A stretch of 64,000 bases of DNA from Phallusia mammillata (lineage: Eukaryota): NCBI GenBank assembly GCA_965637545.1, contig OZ281495.1:20212001-20276000 (forward strand), read 5' to 3'. The notes below the pieces were generated by a model. It saw nothing but the letters and a program-made list of their open reading frames with translations. It was not told where the DNA came from and ran no database searches. Shown here in pieces: positions 55,087 to 64,000 of the stretch. The position numbers and the translations under genes are program-made. Within the stretch, counting starts at the first letter, position 1. Each line of letters opens with the position of its first letter.

Positions 55087-57910
55087 TTACATGCGATATT
55101 GACATGCCAACATTCTATCAGCTGCGATCGCAGCAAGGTACCGATAATCGGTAAATAAATGCTGCGCATGGTAGTGAGGCCACTGTTGGAAATGATTTGT
55201 TTGCAACTGCTGTTCACCTCGTCCAGTTGCGCCTTGAATAAAGCCAATGTTTCCTTGTAACAACCTGTGCTTCAGGTGTGCAGATACAACGTTGTTAACA
55301 GCAGGAAACTGCGAAGGCACGAAAGATTTGGTTTTTGACAAGTTTAAAATTTGATCCACGCCATGGCTTAAAGGCGTCGTGCTTTTGTTTGTTAAATCAA
55401 GAGGTTGTGTTCCTCCGCTCTTTGGCGTTGTTGGTCCATGTGGGCGTGTTAGTGACGCCCCATTTATTGCTTCCGCAGCAAGTGCCAAAGTTGTGAGATT
55501 GCATCGCATTGGTGGTGCAGGCATCGTCTGTTCTCGCTCCAACGAGGATACCACTTCCTTCGGGATAGGAGAGGCCAATTTCTTTTCTTGTTTTGTGGTC
55601 GGCTCATACGGAATCACGATGTCGTGTTTAACTAGGGCGTGCTTCCTACGGTTTGATTCACGCCTAAAACGGCGCTTGCAACCAGGGCATGGGAAAATAG
55701 CCTTTAGGCGAACGCTTGGTGATGGTATCGACCTCTCTTCCTGAGAAACAATGGCCAGTGGGCTGGGACGGTTTGCAGCTTGCAGATTTTCACGTGCTGG
55801 AACAGCATGAGGAATGTCATTGAATGCAGGAACAGGCGAAACTGACAACTTTCTTCGTTTGCCTTCAGGGTTGGCCATTGTATCACTACACGAAGCTGAA
55901 AAATACGATATTGCTAGTTAATCATCTGTTAAGTTTAACACCCACAAAGTAAACCAAAGCTATTGCTACAATAAACATAAATGAAAGTACGTAACTGCTA
56001 TCTAACACCTTACGTGTCTGGAAAAACTACGTAACACATCAAAACCTACTTTTCACGTTCAAATTTCATTCAAAACCTAGTCTAGCTTGCCGTTACTAAT
56101 TATGCTTTTCTAAATCAGCAAAACGAAGCGAATAAAACGGATTTAAGCTTTTGTACGAAATATTCTTTTAGGCGTTCATGTGCTGTTTTTATACACTCAC
56201 GTTGAGTAACGAACGAAGCCGAAACTATTTTAATATACTTATATCTACATCGCAATTCCACACACTGCTTGAACAGAACTGTGCCCATTCAAAGTTTTGC
56301 TTTTTGGTTTTATACTGCGCGCAACAGCTGGAAGCAACAAAAAAAAGCGTTCCTGGCTCATTCCAGACAAAACAAAGCACTCGTTATCAACGCGCGAACG
56401 CGGGCGATACGTCCCCGCAAATTCCTTTGTTCGAGTCGGGCGGCGCTGAATGGTGCAGCTTCTGTGCAGCGGAAGGTGCGAAGGGCAAACACAATTGAGC
56501 ACACGTCGCCAGGCTACGGGCTATAATCCCTGCCACATAGCTCGGTAACAATAACTTTTCGCAATTTCACATGAAAGCCGAAAGACTTCCCTCGTCTGTT
56601 AAGCTCGCTGGCAGATTTTCGTTTATGTTTGTCTTAGCTTTGGCTGGCAGATTTGAATAGGATGGTCTTGTGTGTATATATTCACATATTTTTGCATGGT
56701 TCGGATATATACTTCGTGGAAAAAATATTTTTCAGATACTACCGCGCAATAACATTCGCACTATGATCGAGGACATAGATAAGTATTGTCACTATATGTT
56801 GGTTTCAATAAAAAAGGCATTAAAGTATATTAGGTATAGATGGTCATCCTACCCCTTCAATAATATTTTGATGTGCGTTTCTAAATAAAAGTTTAACGCA
56901 TACTACATAAGTATTTTTTAAAACCTTACAAAACAGTCAAATTCCTCCGTATGTTGCATTGTTAGAAAAATGTCGGGTTTTCACTTCAAACATTTAATAA
57001 CAAGATTGTACACCAGCAACTGAAAGAATTTAAATAGCAAAATCGATTTACTGAGGAAAAATGATCACCTTTAGGTTTATGCCATCTTTTGTGTGATGCG
57101 AGATTAGCAGGACAACCGAAGTTCTTTCCGCATTCCGAGCATTCGTAACGGACATTCACAATTCGTGGGCATCGATGCTGTGCTAGTTCTAAAGCATTGC
57201 TGTGTATTTTGGCGCAAAGTCGACACATAAAATGTTCCGAGCCTGTACATAAAAAAGCGCCAGTTAAATACGTTATATAACACGCACTGCGAACATAGAC
57301 TTATTACCTTCCTTTGATGTTTCAGTCACTTCTTCGACTTTGTGGTTTAAAGTCTGAGTTTTTGTTACATTTCCGCTTTTGAAGTTTTCATGCGGCGAAG
57401 CAATTTCACCCGCCGGCAAAATTTTTATACCTGAAGAAACAAATCAACGGTGTTATCTATAACTGCCATTTATTCTCACAAAAAGCAGTTGGGAGTTGGT
57501 TGTATCGGTTAAAACGACCGAAGAAACGAACCTAAGACGGGTGACGAGTTTTCGTCCTCAAGTTGTCGATTCGCGTATCTACGTTTTTTCGCAAAATTCT
57601 TGCCACTGGTGACAGGCTTATCTTCATCCACTCTTGGTAAGTTGGCACCATTTCGCTGCTTAACACCTAAGCAGGTTGACTGACTTCCATCATCACAAGT
57701 TAAGTTCTGATCCACCAGGTGGGTTCTATCCTTGCTCTTATATTGAGTTGAGATCTTTAAATCTTTGGCTAAAGTGAATTCATCGTTGTTTACCGAAAAG
57801 TTGTTGGGCCACTCTTCTGTGTTCTCAACAAGACCTTCTGCAGCAGCGCATCGTGGACTGTTGCTTCTGTATCCAGAATCAGGTGAACCAGCTTCTACGA
57901 GCTCAACCAT
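55087..57910 (-). CDS. INSM: INSM (insulinoma-associated / IA-1 / nerfin / EGL-46 family) zinc-finger transcription factor, 4 exons, ~494 aa
   Basis: Exons 57532-57910, 57308-57430, 57069-57242 and 55087-55895 join in phase. The protein contains [13 protein letters not shown] (compare INSM1 EDEVTTSPVLGLKI), the diagnostic ZF1-ZF2 pair [43 protein letters not shown], and a third finger [17 protein letters not shown]. Confidence 0.92.
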
Positions 57911-58068
57911 TTTGTCTTTCCTGGCCAAGGTAGGCGGATATGAAAAAAATATGAGTGCATCTGTTCTTATGTACTTGTCGTGAGCAAAACGAAAAAAGAA
58001 ACATATTTTATTGCGCGTGGCCCGTGTGTGTGGCGCTAGAGAGCGAATCAACCGGGGCACACTACGGC

Positions 58069-58075
58069 ATATATA
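58069..58075 (-). promoter_or_regulatory. Candidate TATA element of INSM
   Basis: TATATAT on the minus strand about 160 nt upstream of the INSM ATG. Confidence 0.35.
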
Positions 58076-58637
58076 ACTAGATTGTCATACTTTGCCCTTA
58101 CGCAAACAGCGCGAGTTGAGAGCGAAAACAAATGGCGGAATTTGTCGGTTACTCGACGGAGACTGCGCGAACCGACTATAATTGAGTTCCGAAGCTTATT
58201 ATCTTTACGCCTGCCATCTGCTCACTCTCTGCTGTCAAGCCGAGCAGAAATCACGATACAAGACGAACGAAGATCCACCTTCTTGCGCCACGCGGTCGTA
58301 AACATGCATATTGTTTGTCACGAGGAATGATGGCTATTTGTGTCACGTATAGTTTGTTGTTTTTGCACAGAGTCACCTGCAAAATAATGGTAATTACCAT
58401 AACAGCGCGCTAAACATAAAACTTTATCTCGGATAAAAAAAATTGTCTGATGAATGATTTGCTTAACGTCTTAACTTTTGGAACTGTTGGTATTAATAGT
58501 AGAAATGCAAACACAGTCGGCGTTTTTATTTGCCTAAAACTCGCGCGTTTTTAGAGACGCTTCGCAAGTGTGGTGTCATCTTTCCGATCGTGCAACGTCA
58601 AACAAGTGCGTATAAAAGAAGCTTACTCGAATTTCGG

Positions 58638-58680
58638 CAGCTGACCGACTTCTGGCAGATGGCAGGCATGTGGTCACGTG
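58638..58680. promoter_or_regulatory. Cluster of four E-boxes upstream of INSM
   Basis: CAGCTG 58638-58643, CAGATG 58656-58661, CATGTG 58667-58672 and CACGTG 58675-58680. Confidence 0.5.
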
Positions 58681-60516
58681 ACAACGTCAACCGCTAAAAG
58701 TTTATTAAGGCGGGAAAACTAAAACGACCTTTACGCAAGGACCCATATTTTATGTTGCAAAAATTTCTTGTATTATTTGCTTTAGGCAACATGAGTTTCG
58801 GAATGACAGTTTGTTGTTGGACGGGTTTATGTAGGGGAGTTTAAGTCATGTTAAACAAGCACGCACACGAAAGTGAAAGTTGTTCGTTAAATTCTGCTTT
58901 TTTTCTCTTCGGAATTGAAGGTTTTGTGTCAAAATTACAATCAAGGTCAAACCAAACTAATGTAATATTACTAGAAATGATAAGGTCACATTAAAGATTT
59001 TATCATTTGCGTGGACATGAGATGCATTTGCCCATATTTTTTTCCGTGTTAATCTTTAACGTGATTTCTGACACCAACACGTAGTTTTGTGTCTGCATGT
59101 TCGGTTAACACCACGCAAAGCAGATGTCGATACACGCAATAAACCATTCGTGCTCCCAATAGCGTGGTTCGATGTGCCCAACATTAAAACAGCATTTTTA
59201 CAACCAAAAACGAACATTGCAATATTGGGGTCAAATTTACATAATTTTTTAACGAATCATGTTGTGAGGTAACTTAGGGACAGATAAAATGCAGAATTTT
59301 TTCTTTGTAACGAAACAATATGTTGACCCGGCAAAACTGCATAAACTCTGTTACTGGAAGAAGAGTTTTAATTCTTCAGAGCTCTCTTAAGTTAAATTCT
59401 TTAACATTTATCAACGAGGCATTCTAACGGGACAATACTTATTTTTTCCTTTTTTTATATCATGCACAGACCTTAACTAATCAGATATGTTACTGTTCAG
59501 AACGTATACGTTAAGAATTCACAAATTAATTATCAATGCGTTAGGCGAGGCTACATTATGCATTTAAGAAATACTTGGACGCCTTTGTGTCAATTGAGAT
59601 GTCATTCATTCGCCACGCGTCAGTCGTGCATGAATTTAAAGTCAGTTAATGCTGCGGTTTTAAACGAGGCAGAAGGCACGCGCGCTTATACTTCTGATCA
59701 AATCACCGTCACGGACCAAAGTCGAGCCTGGTGTGAAGCAAGGCACGCGATCCACAAGCCAGAATATGATCAAAACTAGCCTTATTCAGTATATTTTCTC
59801 GATGCGACAGATGGTCTCTTCCCCGCGGGAATGTTTACCGGCCTAAAGCACGGCCCCGCAGACGCCGCCACAGCGCACGGATTGGCCCCAACGAGCAAAC
59901 ACAATCTGTTGAAGCGGCTGCCTTGCCACTCTCACATAATCTCCCTTAGTTTTTGTTTTAAGAAATCCATTCGGGCGAGAGGCTTCGGATTTTGGTAAAC
60001 GGTTTTTATCCCGGATATGTGGCGTGATTTGCGCACACACACCATATCGTGCTGATAAGATGTCAAGTGTCATACCGTTGCATAATTATTGACTTGTGGT
60101 TCTATTTACGTAAAATAATACAAACACTTATAGACGTTCATCGGTGTATTTAACATTAAAGCAACATGGTTAAGTTCTTTTTTGAAACGGGAGAAGTGTA
60201 TGTTAAGGAATATTGCTTTAGAGAGTGAAAGTGAAACAAATTTTATCGTTCAAGATATCTATTGTCATTTAATAAAAAATGTATATAAAAAAAAAAAATG
60301 ACTACTTTCACATTATTACTTGCCAAATCATCAAGAAATGAAAAAAAAAATATTTGTTGGGCTTTTGTATGGGTTGCATAGTGCGATGACAAAAATGCCA
60401 ACTTACGACCGTTTCAAGTTTTTAGCAAATTTGTATTTAAATTCATTGACTTTTTATTAAAATTTTATTAAAAGTTTAGGTTTGGGGTTTAGACTAAAAA
60501 TATATAACACTGTAGT

Positions 60517-62714
60517 CAGTGGCGGCTCGTGCCTAAAATTTGTGGGGGTGCTGCCCCCACAAATTTTAGCCTCTACTGAACATATATAAGTTGGCAATAT
60601 ATTGAAAAGCTACATTTCTAGTTTTCTAGCCACTTGTTTTGTGCAAGTAATACAAATCTTAATTAGCAACTCCATTGTGACGTAATTTTTGTTACGCAAT
60701 AATGTACACGAGTGTAAACAGCAGACGGCATCATTTGTGTATTTTGTTTACTTGCACAGCGACGGGCCAAACACAATAACGTTCAGTAATTATGTGAAAA
60801 ACAAAAACACACGTGGCACAGCTTCGAAACGAAGCGGTTGTAAATACGGTAAAACACAACAGAAATATAGAAAAAAAAGTAATAGAAAAAAAAATAGATA
60901 TAGATGAGTCGAAAAAGGTCGAAGTATTTCAGTTCGACAACAAAAATTTTCATGTTTCATTTAAGTAAATTTAGTCACAGTCAGCGTTTTCAACATATTC
61001 TATGACACTTCACAGATTATTGTCACACAAAAAAACTAGCCATACAGCTTTTTATTGGTATCATAACTAACAAATTTAACAACCACATTACATTGGTTTC
61101 AGAACTTGTTCATTTAAACATCTTTCTTGAATTTTTGTGTGCAGACTATTGATTGTATTTTAGTTTCTTAGCTGCTATAATTGCTGCTTGCTGGCAAATA
61201 GCTTAACATTCCTTTTTAAGTGCAAAACGCCTTCAAGCTTTAAAATTTACAACATTCTCACTTAAATTTAAACCATATTATTAAATCTTGTGGTTCCTTT
61301 TTCCAACCAAAATGAATCATGAAGTTATAGTTTGGGCATGATAATTGATAGCTTCTTCCTTAATCCCAAATGATAACTAAGAAACTGTTTTTCTATTTAG
61401 TACTAGCACTGCAAGTGCAAGTCTTTTGGAAATATTGGTGTTCCTCAGAAAAATTGGCATCTTTTTCAGTGTTAAAAAGAACTGTTTTGCCTTTGAAAGA
61501 ATCATGGAAACAGCAAAAAGGATTTTTCATCCTAGTAATTTAACTTGTCAAAACATCATCTCTAGATTAATTATTTTCAAAGTAATCATGAACATCAGAT
61601 CTACAGAAACATTTTCATTTGAGTAACTAGCTTTTCTTTGTCAACAATAGGATGTGCTTGGTGTCACTACTATCTTGTCTGTAGAATGTTCATTCTTAAG
61701 AAACACTTCCTGTGAAGCAATTTAGCAGCTACTGTTCAGACAAACAGTACATGTCCATTATATCAATACACATGACTGCAATTGGTTGCAAATACTGTCA
61801 ACATGGTGTGTTAAGAAAGCCACACTTTAAATTGTCTTCACTCTTTTTTTGTCTTCATTTCAAAATTCCTGTTGCTAGCAGTTGTTTGTTCTGCATTTGA
61901 TATTGCCTGAATTTCAGTGAGGCATTTAACTTCACAGTCACAAATTTAATTTTTTTTTGGTAGCATTAGGAACTAAAACTGAGTATTTCTTGTTGTTGCT
62001 TATTCCTGCATGACATTGGAGTAGAAGATGTTTTGTCCCATACTTTCAAAAATCTTTTTAATTCAGTTATTTATTATAAAGGTTAATTGTGACTTTTAAA
62101 GGTGTTAGATGACCTTTTTTTTCTTTTTCAAGGTGTTAGATACACTTATTTAATTCAATGATAACTGTAAAAACTAAAACCCACTTGCAGTCATCTTAAA
62201 AAGTCACGACTAACAGTCAAACAATAAATTTAATGATAGCAAAATAATTATTTAACTACACTCACTGTCGAACTTAAAAACACAGCACACGGGTTTGGCT
62301 TTGGAGCTCACTGACGCGAAGCAGACAACACAACCAGCGCTACGTCACGGGAGGGGCTGCGCGAGCCACAGCCCCCTCTCGCCTATTTCGCCCGGCATGT
62401 AGCTTTTCCAAGTGCGCATGCGCACAACTGAAAACGTCATGAAACGTCACGAAACTGGAGCTGCAGCTCCGCCATAGATAACTTATTATTATTATTATTA
62501 TTATTTTAAATTTCTTTTAAATAATACAATTTTTTTATTAATTTTATTTTAATAAAAGGCCGATTAATGCCATAAAAGTTATTCTTAGTATACACTGATC
62601 AAACATAAAAACTATATGTAAAGATTGTTTTGTGTAACAACTTGGAATAGGAATGTCAAGTAAAAATACTGGGGGTGCTGCAGCTCCGCAGCCCCCTCGC
62701 ACGAGCCGCCCCTG
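60517..62714. mobile_element. 2.2-kb non-autonomous hAT element (Tip100-like termini) upstream of INSM
   Basis: TIRs CAGTGGCGGCTCGTG / CACGAGCCGCCCCTG (14/15 match). Exact 8-bp TSD ACTGTAGT at 60509-60516 and 62715-62722. GGGGGTGCTGC subterminal motifs. No intact ORF inside. Confidence 0.9.
62483..62505. repeat. (TTA)n microsatellite inside the Tip100-like element
   Basis: About 7-8 TTA units. Confidence 0.9.
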
Positions 62715-64000
62715 ACTGTAGTGCTGGCATCTGACGTTATGATGCGTATAGTCAGCAATAAAAACTGGGATTTTTACCGTTTCCCGCGGGAATATCCACC
62801 TCCGTCCTGGGTCACTAACGACAACACAGCATATCAGTACGGAATATTTAAATAAAGAACTAATTTGAAACCTTCGGAGTTTGGAGTTTATTACTACTGT
62901 ATATTGCGACGATGAAGAAGCGCAGTTTCGCTCGGAGCAAAGACGATAAAATTTTATGCGACTAGTGTACTAAAATATATTTGTGTGGCAGGGAAACAAC
63001 CACAAAGGAAAATACTGAGTCGTACGACAAACACAAGGGGAACTTTCCCCAACTTCATACACGCCTATAGTTCACTGACATGAAATGATTTGGTTGGTGC
63101 AAAAATCAAGTTGAAACTTTGTGGTCTACGTTCAGGGAGAACAAGGGCTAAGTGCCGATATGTTACACCAAGTGTTAGTCGTACATGGTTTTGTTCCATG
63201 ACATTTTCAACATGAGTTTTCAACACAGTTTGCGATGGATTAAATGTCAGTTCAATTGTAACCAATAGGAACTTGTATTTCAGTGCATACAATTTGGATT
63301 GGATGAGTCCTGACCCGAAAATCCCGCCACACAAAGTATTGGCGTTTAAATCGCCTATTGAACTAATAAAGGGATTCCCCGAGATTTTTATCGATAACAG
63401 GTGTCCGTACTTGGTCCGTAATTCATAACTGTGCACACGGTTTGGCCGGCCGACAACTTTATGATGAGATGATTTTATAGCAGGGCTAAACTCGTGGTAG
63501 CCCAGGGCACTTTTCTCATTCAACTGATGTCACGTAAATACTTTGGGGAAGAGCCTATAGGAGCAGAGCAAGGTCGAAGGCGCAATCCCAGGTCAGCGGT
63601 AATCGCCGCCTAGAAGGGTATTTGAAGCCCTGTTTCACACCTGAAAATACATGCGTGACGTCGGAATGTCCCAGACAAACGAAACAAACAAGCACTCAGT
63701 GAGTTCGACGCGGCCAATGAATATAAACCAGTCCCGTCGCGTCTGGCTTCGGCTGCGAGAATGGACAGGAAATTGCAATTACCTTGCGCTGTTTGGTCGC
63801 GGGAGAAGCGAAGGTGGGAAAGAGAAAGGAATGTCAAAAGCTCGTTGTTGGCCAATCACGTCTTGACACGTATCGTGGTTTAGGTTTCAATCACAACAAT
63901 TAATTTAACCGATTTTGACACACACAGCCAAGCATCAGTCAATAATAGGAAAACATGGCGATCGGGCAAACACACCTTACGTTAACGACTCGACTCTCGT

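Noticed and set aside
58000-58060. GTG-initiated in-frame extension VPRLIRS... as a cryptic SNAG motif for INSM
   Set aside because: It lacks the F-L-V core of SNAG, and it lies only about 8 nt from the candidate TATA element, so it is probably upstream of the transcription start.
59405-59422. Minus-strand ATG CCT CGT (MPR) as an upstream SNAG exon
   Set aside because: It is followed immediately by TGA TAA, with no FLV and no donor.
62706-62717. INSM1 autoregulatory site created by the right TIR plus TSD (AGTCAGGGGCGG on minus)
   Set aside because: It has four G instead of five and mismatches at both ends relative to TGTCAGGGGGC(A/G).
63065-63523. 152-aa minus-strand ORF
   Set aside because: It has a TTG start, no recognisable motif and no splice support. 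About one stop-free run of this length is plausible by chance in this much non-coding DNA.

Overview
Compact, AT-rich, intron-rich eukaryotic genomic DNA. It is probably from an invertebrate chordate such as an ascidian; this is inference from short introns, an AKT exon structure matching vertebrates and patchy CpG depletion. Four protein-coding genes are supported. (1) The 3' ~35 kb of a pericentrin/AKAP9 (PACT-domain) gene on +, with 73 hand-chained coding exons and about 3,800 aa inside the window. On the - strand, in tandem: (2) a complete 13-exon AKT/PKB kinase (466 aa), (3) a divergent two-exon class-A-like orphan 7TM receptor (~672 aa), and (4) a four-exon INSM-family zinc-finger gene (~494 aa). 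Non-autonomous transposons are present: three hAT-type families, several with exact 8-bp TSDs, and one Helentron-associated (HINE/pearl-like) element. The most interesting observations are: an internal TATA/Inr promoter with a Cys-rich alternative first exon in the pericentrin gene; an INSM with no visible SNAG motif but with CtBP-type and Sin3-type motifs; a candidate antisense spliced transcript nested in a pericentrin intron; a 6-nt microexon and other frame-preserving cassette exons; and a CpG-depletion boundary that falls in the middle of both convergent genes. All gene models were read by eye and no database searches were run.
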